Assembly (NCBI RefSeq): GCF_964204865.1
Contig: NC_135262.1
Coordinates: forward strand, 4,278,001 to 4,342,000
DNA from: Styela clava
Lineage: Eukaryota
DNA: 64,000 nt
Reading direction: 5' to 3'
Shown: positions 38,079 through 50,810 of the stretch, one piece after another
Layout: every line of letters begins with the position of its first letter
Position numbering within the stretch: the stretch's first letter is position 1
Made by a program: the position numbers and the translations under genes
Notes under the pieces: generated by a model
Database searches by the model: none
Seen by the model: only the letters and a program-made list of their open reading frames with translations
What the model was told of the DNA's origin: nothing

Positions 38079-38189
38079 GGACCTCCATAAGTATGCGCAC
38101 CAAGATGGCACACAACCTGAAATTAGTATGTGTGTACCAGTTGGGATTCAGGTTGTGTGACATCTTGGTACGCATACTTCTGGAGCTCC
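38079..38189. mobile_element. short palindromic MITE, 8-bp TSD
   Basis: CAAATTTG|GGACCTCC...CAAGATGGC ... CATCTTG...GGAGCTCC|CAAATTTT. Confidence 0.75.
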
Positions 38190-38684
38190 CAAATTTTTGT
38201 GGACATCTATTGACTTAAATTTATTTACATAAAATAATGTGTTCAATGTGAATATCGTTACTTTCTTAATAATTAATATCTCCCTTTGTTACTTCTATGT
38301 TATGTGCAAACTGTTATTTGGTGCCCAAGTGCATTTGTTAGGTTTCTGTCATTTCTAACAAATACTAAGAATTTTTTAATAAGAAAAATGTCCTCCATAT
38401 CACATATTTTTAAATTCTAGAAATCTAATTCAGCGTTAATTTATATTTCTTAGAATACAGCTTCAGCGTATGGCTGAATTTTTATTTTTGATCTTTCGAG
38501 ATGCAGTGAAGCTTGACTATATCTGTCATAATGATATTATCCTGTACATGCTTCATTGAAATTGACTTTTGAATTTGAAATTGGGATTTTTTCAAAAAAT
38601 ATTGGAATGGTCTTTCTGTTCAAAGTGTTAAATTCTTCATTGTATTTCCAGTTTATTAATAGTCATTGAAAGATAGTTATTAGA

Positions 38685-41600
38685 ATGTCTGTAAAGAAAA
38701 TTTGCTGCATTGGGGCTGGTTATGTAGGTGGACCAACATGCTCTGTGATTGCAAAAGAATGTCCCCATATTCGTGTGACAATCGTGGATATAAATGCAGA
38801 TCGTATCGCTGCCTGGAATTCAAATGAATTGCCGATTTATGAACCGGAACTGGAAGACATTGTGATGTCATGCCGAGGAAAAAATTTGTTTTTTTCAACA
38901 GAAGTAGAAAAAGAAATTATTGAAGCAGATTTAATTTTTATTTCTGTGAATACGCCAACAAAAACGTACGGTGTAGGAAAAGGAAGAGCAGCAGATCTGA
39001 AATATGTAGAAGCGTGCGCAAGGACAATTGCTGCAGTTTCAAAAAGCGATAAAATTGTCGTGGAAAAAAGCACAGTACCAGTCAAAGCAGCAGCAAGCAT
39101 CCAAAGGATTCTCGGTGCCAATATGAATTTAGATATTAAATTTCAAGTCCTTTCAAATCCTGAATTTCTTGCAGAAGGGACTGCAATTCAAAACTTGCTT
39201 CATCCAGACAGGGTTTTAATAGGTGGAGAAGAATCTAAAGCTGGGAAAAAGGCAATTGAAACCTTATCTGAGGTATATAGCAATTGGGTGCCTAAAGAAA
39301 AGATTATAACAACAAATACATGGTCTTCGGAATTATCGAAATTAGCTGCAAATGCTTTTTTAGCTCAAAGAATCAGCAGCATTAATGCTATGAGTGCAGT
39401 TTGTGAAGCCACAGGGGCTGACGTGGAAGAAGTTGCGAATGCCATAGGAATGGATACAAGAATCGGCAATAAGTTTTTGAAAGCTTCGGTCGGTTTTGGA
39501 GGAAGCTGTTTTCAGAAGGACGTGTTAAATTTAGTATATTTGTGTGAAAGTTTGAATTTACCGAAAGTAGCACAATATTGGCAACAAGTTATTGAAATCA
39601 ATAATTATCAACGCAAACGTTTTGCTAGTGGGATCATAAATTGTCTTTTCAACACTGTATCGGGAAAGAAAATAACACTGTTCGGTTTCGCTTTCAAAAA
39701 GGACACTGGAGACACCAGAGAGTCATCTGCAATCTACATTTCAAAATACCTTCTTGACGAAGGTGCAAAGTTAGCAATATACGATCCAAAAGTGTCGAGA
39801 CGACAAATTATAAGTGATTTGAGCCATCCAACCATTTCAACTCCAGAAAAGGTAGCTGAGCTTGTTACTTCAGTAACAGACCCGTACGAAGCATGCAAGG
39901 ATTCCCATGCAATTGCAGTCTGTACTGAATGGGACATGTTCAAAGACCTTGATTATAAAAGAATATTCGATTGCATGTTGAAACCGGCATTCATTTTTGA
40001 TGGTCGTGGAATTCTGCCTCATGAAGAATTGAATAGCATAGGATTTCATGTAAGTATACTTATCGCTTAGATCTGTGTAAATTTGAGTAACTATCAGGTT
40101 GAATAATTGTCTTGGTAAATCATTAAAAGTCTTGCATTGTTTAACACAGTGGTTCTCAACCATTTATGCTGTGTGACCCCTCTTCTGAAGGTATTTATCA
40201 CTTATGGTCCCATGTTTATCATTCCAGTGGTATTTATAGTGTTATGTTGACTGTTGGATCCCATTATGTTCAAACAATTCATGCTCAAAAAAGTGAAAAC
40301 ATTATGTTTAAACAATTCATGCTCAAAAAAGTGAAAACATCCTGTGAAATAATTTTATCAAGTCATGCAACTAGAAGAACAAGGAGTTTTCTTGTAAAGT
40401 GGAAAGTAAAGTCAGTTTTGGGCCCACAATTGGGGCCTCCCTCCAATGCTCTGTGGCCCCCGGATGGAACATTGATGTCTCCCAAATATTTGAACTACAA
40501 TTCAGGGACGTTCTAACCGGTCAATTTGATTGAAAATTTAATATATAAAATATTTTAAATTCCCGATTATCAAAATAATTTAGAATAGTTATATATATTA
40601 AAATCATTACAGCAAATGAAGTCTCACAGTCCGATCAGAAAAGCTCTCTTTCAATTTTTGAAAATAATAAAAAAAAAAAAAGATTTGTGACTCTATTTGG
40701 AATATATACAATATTCAATGATATTATTTTATAATCTGTTTGGGAATGATTGTTCTTCCACCTGCAGCCACCCCGCTGCAGCTTTTTGAATAAGAGTTAT
40801 GCTATTCATGCGTCGTATTATTGACCCTGCTTTGATCAATACATATTCAACGATATTATTTTCTAGAAAAAATATCTGTTATGTTGCAAAAAGACATGTT
40901 TTCTCGATTAACTTATCAAGCATTTACGATTATATATATACAGCTATTATTATTCAAATCACGAAGGTTATTTTCGAAGGCTTATTAAATTTTTCTTTTA
41001 TCTTGGCTCAATAAATTGCACTTCTGTGGATTTAAATAATCCTTATTAGAAATTGACCACCGATCTACTTTAGTAAATTTAATCCTTGTTTTAATATTTT
41101 ATTAATTAAAATTGTGATTTATTCCACATCGCCCTCGGTCATGCCTAAGATTGTGATCATAATATATCATTAAATGAGTTATGTTTATAAAAACCATTAA
41201 GGAGTGGCCACCTGATAATAACCATGGAATGCAATATTGTAAACTAAAATAGAAAGAGAGCTTCCTAGAAATTGGTCATTTCCAGACTCTAAATATTTTG
41301 AAATCAAAATACCAAGGACTTATTTTGTCAATTATCTTTGCCAATGTTTAGATTCCAGTGTCTGTTATTGTTTTTAGGGGGAGCAGTTAATACCTGTTCA
41401 GACTAACAGTCCCCACAGTGTGATTTGTATTCAGTAAAATAAATTTATTGTGTAAGGAACAGTGATGAGGAAATTTCTTGCCAATTCTACTAAATAAAAT
41501 TAATTTTGATACATCAAAATATGCCTTATTTACTTCTTAATGCTTTATTTTTCAGGAGCGACATTTGACATTATTCATATTGAAATTTGTTAAACTCAAG

Positions 41601-41981
41601 TAAAAATCATTAGAAGAATAAAAATAAATACAGTAATTCTAAAACATAAAATTGTTTCCCATTTCCTATCATAATGGCATCTCTATGAAATAAAATTTGT
41701 CAGAGGGAAAAATAATAAGTCATGGGTGGCAGCTTTCAAACCCTTTGTAAATACATACCTGGGCGTTAACTTTTCTTCTCTATATTTATGTATAACTTGA
41801 CATTTAAATGCTAAAGGTTTCTTACAACCTTCACAATACCAAAAGAATTTTCATTCATAAAATACTGCTGTTTACTTTTTAGGTGGAGGCGATTGGAAAG
41901 ACTGTTTCAAAAGGAAGCGCCTTCATGGTACAAAGCAATGGAAATAATATATTATCGCCTACGTCAAGAGTCCTGCCATAA
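38685..41981 (+). CDS. UGDH: UDP-glucose 6-dehydrogenase; exons 38685-40049 and 41883-41981 (487 aa)
   Basis: [41 protein letters not shown] and [13 protein letters not shown] motifs. Donor CAT|GTAAGT at 40049; acceptor TTTTTAG|GTG at 41883 restores the conserved GF(H)VEAIGK. Confidence 0.95.
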
Positions 41982-44900
41982 TGAATTTTAGTTATTTGCT
42001 GCTGTATTATGTACAATGCCGTATTCTTCAATTATGTAGTGATTGGTATTTATCTACCATATCCTGTTACTATTATTTATTATATAGGGCGGATGCTTAT
42101 TACCACTGTTCAAAATTCAGTGGCCCATCTAATTTCTCATGCAAGGGAAAAACTATGAGAAACAAGAATTTTTTTTCGCAAAAATAGACACTTCAACTTT
42201 TTACTCAAAATGAAAAAGACGACCCAATTTCCAAAAACAGCATCATCATTCATTGATAGTCAATCAAATTATACCTATTTATCAATAACTCCTGCAATTT
42301 TCAATGTGTTTATGACTCACCTGAAAATGTGTCTGTGACCCAGCAGTGGGCCATGCATGGCCCACTGGTTGAGAACCGGTGCTCTAGTCATTTACTTGAC
42401 CCAAGTTGGATGAGATTCTGAATCACTAATGAAATGAAAAATGACTTGGATTTGAACTCAACTGGCCACCACTGAGACTCAGTGATTGACTCGACTTGAC
42501 TCTGGTTTGAGGGACCTCCACAAGTGGCGACATGGGCAAACTACTAATATACACTAGTAATGCATTTTTGAATGAAATATTCTCCTATATCACAATATCA
42601 TAAAGTATGTTAGTTTTGTTTGTAAAATTTGTTTTTACTTGTTTGTTTTATACGCCATAGTTCTGAAGGAGTTGTGTAAATCGAATTTAATTTCTAATAA
42701 TATAATTTTAAATGTGTTTCTTCAATGAAATCAGTAATATTAATAATATTGTTCAATTAAATATGTGTTTCTAACTGTTATTCCAACTTAATCCGTGTAA
42801 AATGGATTTATTGCTGTGTTGTTTTTTACCCTTTATCAAGATTATGGGATTTGTATTATTAATTTCATATGTATGCTTACTTTATTTTCTCTTGCTATGC
42901 TTAATGCTTGGAAAGTGGTTAGAACCTTTTATACAGACCACGGCTGACCGACAGTCTATGTTCAGTCACCACAGTTATTTCTGATCTTTGCAGTAGGATT
43001 TTATCCGCTAAATCTTTGAGTGCTGGTTGCAGTATGTAATCCACGTGCCATTGTGATGAACAGAACCCTGTATCATGACTAACATAAATGTTCAACTCAT
43101 AATATGTTCCCATTGGTCAATATATCAAACAAACTTGAAGTCAAATCAAATCGAATTTCCTGCGACCCTTCAGTTTGGTGATGATTGGCGCTAACATTGT
43201 CACTGGAACAAGCATGTAGACCAAATACTACACACACAACAATATTTCTATCATTAAAATAGCCAACAAAATTTAATTTCCTCACAAAAATTGAAGTAAC
43301 AAATCGATTAGTTAAGATAAGTCAAGTCGTTATTTGTTTTCAGATGCATGGACAGATATGTATGTCGCAAAATAATGTCCACATCAACATCTGTCAAGTG
43401 CTGTTATGTTCATTCTAATACACAAATGTTAATGTTGCCAAGTTTTTAAGAAGTTCCAAGTCCACTGTATTTTGATACAACATTAACTTATTAGATTGTA
43501 TTCACAATAAGCTACACAATTCTGGACCAATGTTTATTTTCCTGTTGCCATGATTATCTCTATATTTAATGAGCGATTGATGCTATCATGTTTTTATATT
43601 GTTACTTTTATGTTTGATTGCATATCATTGTGGTCATGCTTTCAATCCCAATTCCAGATTAAACTTTGAAACCAAGGTTTTTTGATTGTTGCATTATGAC
43701 CTTGTTTGGGTTACTGGTGCTATGTTTTTTTATTTTTCAACTTCATTACTGTTTTTCAATATTATTTGCGGATGTGCTAGTCAAGGATTACAATTTTAAT
43801 CAGTTTTGAATACTGTATAATTAAAGCATTCTTTTTTGTTGCATTGAATGATTTTTATTATATGCAATAATACAGAAAGAATGATTTTTTGAAAATAAGA
43901 TATTATTAGCTGTTATTTATCCTACCCATCAAATGATGAAGTGTAATGAATTAAAAATATTACATATGAATGGTAAAATTATTGGCAATGCACGCTTGGA
44001 GGTGAACTCTCACACTTGTAGTGCGACAAAATTAATCAATTTTAAAACATTCAAAGTTGTGAGAAATTTTACAAGTGTACACCAACATACTGAAACTGGC
44101 ATGTGACCATACATATATAAAATTTAGGGGTCAATTTATTTGATGAGTTGACTATTCCCAGATATGATGGGGTTGATGACCACTAATAACAAGTAAAACA
44201 AATATCCATATTTTTTTTTCGATGTGTGATAGATATTGTTTTCATAGAAACATTATTCCTTTTATACTATATGTTGCGTATATGTTTATTACTATTTAAT
44301 TATTTGTGCCATAGTACTTCACTTAGCAATTTTCAACTTACATTTACTGCAAGAGCTGGAAACTTTCCTGATACATGGCTTCCAAAGACTCTCCTTTTCG
44401 TCGCACCTGGCTCTTTTCAACAAAAGTACTTTTGCTTTCATCAACGTGTTTGCCCGGTGGCAACACGTCAAACTCCCATTTCAACTCCCGACTTTGAGGG
44501 AATTATGACTTTTGACTTCCGGATGTTTCAGAAAACGACTCTGGCTCCGAATCCAATGGCGAACTGCCGACTCTGCACCCTGCTTGCAACGACTTGATTG
44601 ACAGAACCTTCATAAAATTCCAACAACATATTATAATGTAATCATGAAGCGCAATAATTTCCACTATATATTTTATTTTCAATTTCGTATTGTGCACAAT
44701 TAGGCAATCATTAATTTATTATGACTTGTTCTGTAGCTGCCTGTAGTAAGATATATATGATATGAAGTGTCCTGTGTTTCTCTTGTATTGGTTGGAGGCC
44801 TTTGATCTAAGAAATTGAAAAGAAGGATCGATCTTGATTCCGTCCGTTTTGAAATCAAAGTGCGGTCATGCGTAGTCGGGAAGGGTTTCCCAGGGCTGAG

Positions 44901-45121
44901 GGTTTGGAAATATTCATTATTACTTCATTACCCATTACATCACGCAATTTCCTGGGTCTCTCATTGCGTGGATAGGACAAGCCATCGTCCCAATCCCATA
45001 TTTTGAATGCCCATTGTATTCATCATGATAAAATTGCATTATGAATTAATTCACAGAAGGATTTGAAAGATGAATGAAATATATATGCGAAATCCCCCAG
45101 CACTTTTTACACGCTGTTCAA

Positions 45122-45442
45122 GTATATGCTTCCGTAAAAAAATAACTTGCTAACCGATTCCATACCCGACGTGGAATGGTAAACGGACGAGAGGCCATGG
45201 TATGGGATTAGTTATTTGTTTTCGGAAGCATGGACTTGGTGTTGGAGGGAGCCGTAACCGACCAGCGGTTACGTGAACCACCCTACGGCGGCGAGGAGTC
45301 CAGCAATCCTCTCGCACATAACCATCCCGCATGAGATTCGATTCCTACGAACCCAATCAATCAATCAATCATCCCACACAGAGTAATTAGAGGTGCGACG
45401 GCGAGCGTATTCCTAACGCTTAGCACGATGAGCCACACCGCC
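45122..45442 (-). mobile_element. tRNA-derived SINE (minus-strand copy 45196-45442 abutting an inverted plus-strand 3' fragment 45122-45200)
   Basis: The minus strand begins GGCGGTGTGGCTCATCGTGCTAAGCG (A-box-like), with a B-box-like segment next to a (CAAT)n expansion. The 48420-48508 copy shows an intact GGTTCGAATC. Confidence 0.75.
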
Positions 45443-45604
45443 GCGCCTATTATGTTGCATTTCGCAATTTTAGATGATGGAAACTTAAAGGCTGAATATC
45501 TCTCATTCGACTCTTCAAGGGTCGCCGACGGAGTTCTACGTCGAGCAGTGGCAAACGAGTAAACGCCTATTAATTCAGGTTAATGAAGATCACGTTTATT
45601 TGAC

Positions 45605-45714
45605 GGCGCTCCCGAAGTATGTGTACAAAGATGGCGCACAGCCTGAACCATAACCTGGTAAACATACTATGTTCAGGTTGTGCGCCATCTTGGTACACTT
45701 CCTTCGGGAGCTCC
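45605..45714. mobile_element. short palindromic MITE, 8-bp TSD
   Basis: TATTTGAC|GGCGCTCCCGAAG ... CTTCGGGAGCTCC|TATTTGAT. Confidence 0.8.
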
Positions 45715-46308
45715 TATTTGATAGCTAGATTAGCATCTGCTGGATTTCTTCTGGAACGTGTTTTGTGTTAAAATAGTGTTATCTATCGTGTAATGATTAA
45801 AATAAAGATTGAGAATAACGAAGCGTTTAAATCATGTATGGAAAATGTGATAGTCACACATTTGTTAGTAATATGAAGTAGCAAGCAATAGAATGGAACG
45901 GTGACAGCACATTTGAACCCATACATTGGCACCCGTACTCTCAAAATAAACACATATAAAAAACTGGCTCTATGGTCAATTATAGAAGAACTTTTTCAAT
46001 GGTATATGAGCTATATGATGAGGTATAGGATGGTTGCATTTGACCAGTGGTATTAAATTTTTTTTTGGATGGAACTGAACCCCAATGAAACCATATTCCA
46101 GAGGAAACCATGCGCAGCAGTTTAATTATATATATTTAGCAATAATATTTTATTGAATTTTGCAAAGCATTCTGTAAAATAGTCAAGATATAAATCAAGA
46201 TAATAATTCATTTTATCATTATCGTTCGTGCACAATTTACACTAAATATCCATATATATAAAACTTTTAAGAAAAAAAAAAAAAATTGGCCCAGGGTCGA
46301 AGTCCCGC

Positions 46309-47452
46309 GGGGTCGGAGGAAGTCGGACCCACTAATAAGTTATTTTGAATAACTCTTCAAGCAGCTTTCGCAGCTGCATTCGTTCTACGTTTGATTTATG
46401 CATCCACCCTCCAGCTATCTTGCCACATTTGCACATTGTTGCCATAGCAACGAATCGAAATTTACGCCCGATTTTCAGTTAAAAAAATATCGGGGTAAGT
46501 TAGACACTTTGTGGGCAAGACGGACACACACCAAAATAAACTTGATGGAGTCTAAGATTTCGGTCATAAGACTTCGGTCAGCGCCCAGATGCCCCAGGAT
46601 TATGTCTCTTCAATTTTTTTCATACATATCACTTTTCTTGCATATTAAAAAGTATGTCCGTCTTACCCCATAAAGGAAATTACAGGGCAATTTTCAAGTG
46701 AGTTTGAACAGTTTTAGAAAAACCAGAAATTAGAAATTTAGTTTGCACTTTTTCAACTGCAATTTTTATATCTTCTTTACACGGACTACCTCTAGAAGTA
46801 TTTATTTTGTAATTTCTTGGCATAACCTTGGGCGTATTTTATACGCATATGAAAAAAAAAAATTGGACGGGGTAAGATGAAATTTTACGCCTGACCTAAC
46901 TTCTAGGAGACCCAGTATAAATATGGCGATGAGTGTGCTTTTGATCTTTGGTGTAAAAGGGTACTTAGTACCAAAAAATAATTATTTACAAGTTTCGATG
47001 ACGACGGCCCATTGACATTCCCAACAGACTATATTGAAAAAAATTCTTCCACCTTCCCCATCCAAAATCCACCCTACCTGTTAAGTGACCCTACCAACCC
47101 AAAAATGAGTACCGGAAGTCTGCTGAAGAATTTATCCGATCTAATGTAACTACTTTCAACGAATAAACAAAATAGAACCGAGTTCGCAAACTTTTTTGGC
47201 TAAAATTAATCTTCGCCACCATGGGACTCTATAATTTGACGTTTTCTGTCCCATCAGAAACACTCCTACCCCAAAAAGCACCGCTTTGTAAGTTGTCGAG
47301 CCTGAAATGTAAAATCTTGGTTCTGTCGTTGTTCGCATGATGGCCCCCTTCACGCGATGCGTTTTGAGCGATTAAAAAGCGCGAGGTGTCTCTATTAGGA
47401 GGATTTTATTCCGACTGACCATCATACCCCGGGTGTCCGATTTACCCCGACC
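46309..47452. mobile_element. about 1.1-kb non-autonomous DNA transposon (pogo/Tc1-like TIRs)
   Basis: GGTCGGAGGAAGTCGGAC at the left vs GTGTCCGATTTACCCCGACC at the right; internal GGGGTAAG repeats in both orientations. Confidence 0.45.
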
Positions 47453-48419
47453 TACATATATCAAAATCGAAGTCGACTCCATTCACTTTTTGACCTCGGT
47501 TGGTTAGCTATGGTGGTCATTCATTCATCATCATTTACACAAACCTTACGTTCAATATCAGGAGCTCCCGTAGTATGTGAACCAAGATGGCGCACAACCT
47601 GAACATAGTATGTGTACCAGGTTAGGGTTCAGGCTGTGCGTCATCTTGGTACACACACACACCTAAAGTTCGATATCATTCCTATCATAACTTGTCGAAA
47701 TTCGCGCTGAACTTCAGGTTTTTGTTGGATCCAGAAAAACGTTGTCCATTGCAGATATGGCGCTCATCAATAAAAAATTTAAAAAACATAGTTGCCACTT
47801 TCTTTATTTTAGGATCTCCATGATTTCTGAGGATCGTAATTGTTTTAAATATCATTCAGGCATTTCATGGATATCCAATACCTCACCGCCATTGATCATT
47901 TTACAAAGCAGCACTATATTTATAATAATAGTAGGCTCCATAAACCTAAAATATAATGTGATGCAATTTTTGTTCGCTTCTTTCTTATACGAATCTTGCC
48001 ATTTCAATTTATACACAGTATGGTAAGGGCTGTAATGCTTGATAGTGAAATCCATTCATCCTCAACCATTATGGGATAAATATGTTGTTCTTTAGCTCGG
48101 TCTTGAACGCAGAGGTTAAATATATGCGGAAGGATTATTTATTTCAATGTGTGTTTCTCAGAGCATTTACTTTTTCGTTCAGGCTAGCAATAAGGTAAGT
48201 GTTGTAGAATGATAACCTAGGTTGATCGAGCAAATTGTCTAAAATAGCTTGCGCATTTGCGAGTGTTTCCAACCCCTCATCAATAGAGACGCCGAAATAT
48301 TTTGAGGCCGCCAATGCATATCCAATCGTCCCCAAGCGCGATAAAGGCGCAGAAAACAAACAAACAGACAAATACCCACCAACTATATATAATACGGCTT
48401 AAACATATAGTGAACCACG

Positions 48420-48508
48420 GCAAACCTCTCGCACATAACCATTCGATTCGAACCTGCGAACCCACGCAGGGTGATCAGAGGACGCTTAGCACGATGCGCC
48501 ACGCCGCC
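48420..48508 (-). mobile_element. SINE 5' head (tRNA-like)
   Basis: Minus strand GGCGGCGTGGCGCATCGTGCTAAGCG...GCAGGTTCGAATCG (A- and B-box-like). Confidence 0.65.
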
Positions 48509-49287
48509 GAGTAGGGAAGTTTTATCGATGCTTTTAATATTCTCGATTTGACTAAGATGTGGATTGGCCTGGGGTTTTTTAAAATAAATTTTCATTCCAT
48601 GCTCGGGGTATACATAATAAAATTTTTATATACGATTGCATGTCATTATAAAAATCTCAGAAAAGCAATAATGATGAAAAATAATTGGAAACATTGCATT
48701 TTTCTGTTTAGAATCACAGATGTCTTCAATAAAATAGATATTTTTTTTGTAATTCAATCATTCATATGAATTTTTTTTTTTTGATAGAATATCTTCCTAT
48801 TAAACTACAGTGGTTCGTACAAATGATTCACATCAGAAATTCATCTTTGCTGGAATGCCGACTGAACAAGGCACATGCAATAATCTACATGGCCACTTGG
48901 AGCGGTATAGTTCAATTATCGAATTTTTGAGAAGTACTAATTGTTTGTTTCAGGCACTGGGGGCCTGGGGGATGAAATACAGCAATTTTACTACCGTACT
49001 GGTATGTGCCGATATTCAGTGATGAAGTTGTACCAATATTGTTTAGATAGTCAGTGTTTTGGTATAGGTACATATTTATACGCTCAATCACACGGTATAA
49101 GTCAGCTGAACATCTCACCACATAAGGATCCTCCATCAAAAAAAGTAAAAACCTATACGCCCATACGGTACTTTCTATGCATAACGGTACCGGTTGAAGG
49201 GAAAGCCGCACAATTAATTATAACGCGTCGAGCGCAATCTGCAGTACCGTAGATAGGCCTACTTAAAATGTGGCTGTGGCTTTCTAT

Positions 49288-50463
49288 TAGGGCCCGACCG
49301 ATACTGCCTTTTTGAACCGATACCGATACTGCTAGTTTTCCAAAACTAGGCCGATAAGCCGATAACGATGTTTCTTCACATAAAAAAATTGCTACAAGTA
49401 ACAAACAACACTCTGAGAATTCTGTGTTTTTCTTGCAAAAGAAATAAATGTTGAAACTCATGCAATGATTATAAAAAAATGCAAATTTGTGCATCACTAA
49501 GTTTTTTTAAGAATAGCGATTTTCAACGCCAGCATTTTCTGTCACGAGAAGAGTCATTATTTTCTGGCTCACAAGTTCATATATTTGTGGCAGCATTTCT
49601 GTTCTGAAATACTTCTCAGTCTTTAGGGCGTAGCGAGGTTCAATGGTTTCTATTAGCCTGCGGAATCCATCATCTTGCACTATTGCAAATGGCCTGTTGT
49701 CAGTGGCTATCATCTCCATTATTATTTTATCAAGTGATTTCGTTCTTGCGTCATTTCCATGCCATTTATTAAATTTATCCATTATGTGTTCCCATGAAGG
49801 TTGCCGATTAAACTGGGAAGCTTCAGCTGGCCTTTTTCGCGTTAACTGCGTCTGCGAAATCTCATCATACTTGCTCTTGTGTTTCGATCTGAGATGACTC
49901 CACAAATTACTGGTGTTTTTCTTTTTGGAATCGGCGGAACCTTGACTTAACAATGATGAGCATTTTTTACAAAGTACACCATCACTGTGGCATACAAAGT
50001 ATTCCCATACTTTGCTCTTACCGCTAGAACCAGCCATCTATAACATACCAATACAAGAAGTTAAACAATACCTTCAACGACTAAAGCGCAAGGGAAATCA
50101 AGCGCCGTGTAAACTACGCGAAAATTCTCTATCTAGCGTATATTATTTGACACAAATAAGCCGTTCACGTGTTCTATTGCTTCGATTTGTGAGCCACCAC
50201 GCTGCAAACTTGCTTGCAAAGTGTGAAATCCCGTGTCGCAATCGTCCGTGAAACCGCTTTTGATAAGAGAGAAATAGAAATAGTGAAGAAAAAGAGTTTC
50301 ACGCAGAACCGCTCTCGAATTAAACAAGCGATAAAACTGCTTTCCCGGCGCAATTTTGACACTTTGGCAGTCACGTGATTAGCCGATAACTATCGGTAAA
50401 ATTAGCCGATACCGATAGTTCAAAATTTGTGAAAAACAAGGCCGATATATCGGTCGGGCCCTA
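49288..50463 (-). mobile_element. internally deleted hAT element with BED-finger ORF
   Basis: CTTTCTAT|TAGGGCCCGACCGATA ... TATCGGTCGGGCCCTA|CTTTCTAT: perfect 16-bp TIRs and 8-bp TSD; CCGATA subterminal repeats. Confidence 0.92.
49507..50037 (-). CDS. truncated ZBED-type hAT transposase N-terminus (BED zinc finger + DNA-binding region; no DDE core)
   Basis: KSKVWEYF...CKKC...NTSNLWSHLRSKH (BED), and MIATDNRPFAIVQDDGFRRLI..IEPRY, typical of ZBED4-like transposases. Confidence 0.85.
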   Translation of the reverse strand: MAGSSGKSKVWEYFVCHSDGVLCKKCSSLLSQGSADSKKKNTSNLWSHLRSKHKSKYDEISQTQLTRKRPAEASQFNRQPSWEHIMDKFNKWHGNDARTKSLDKIIMEMIATDNRPFAIVQDDGFRRLIETIEPRYALKTEKYFRTEMLPQIYELVSQKIMTLLVTENAGVENRYS

Positions 50464-50810
50464 CTTTCTATAGTAATCTTATCGGTTTTTCTCTCCCCTG
50501 GGATAAATATGTAAATCCTATTCTAATTACTATGTTATGTAGATGTGAGTCATGTGACTCATATTTGAAATGTTAAACCTTATTTGACTGTTTGAAGTTT
50601 TGGTAACCTTTTTGAATTTCTGTCCTGTGTATTATCCATACTACTGAGGGAGTTAAAAAATTATTATACTTATGGTAATTAGAAAGAAGATTTCTATAAT
50701 GCCAATTGCCAAAATATTCACAAATATTTCTTGATTGAGAAACAATTTTATCAACCTTTAAATCTGTTTCAATATGCATATCAGGTTAAGTTATATAAAT
50801 CAGTATAGCT

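Noticed and set aside
48420-48508. tRNA gene
   Set aside because: It has A/B boxes but no convincing cloverleaf, and it matches the head of a dispersed SINE.
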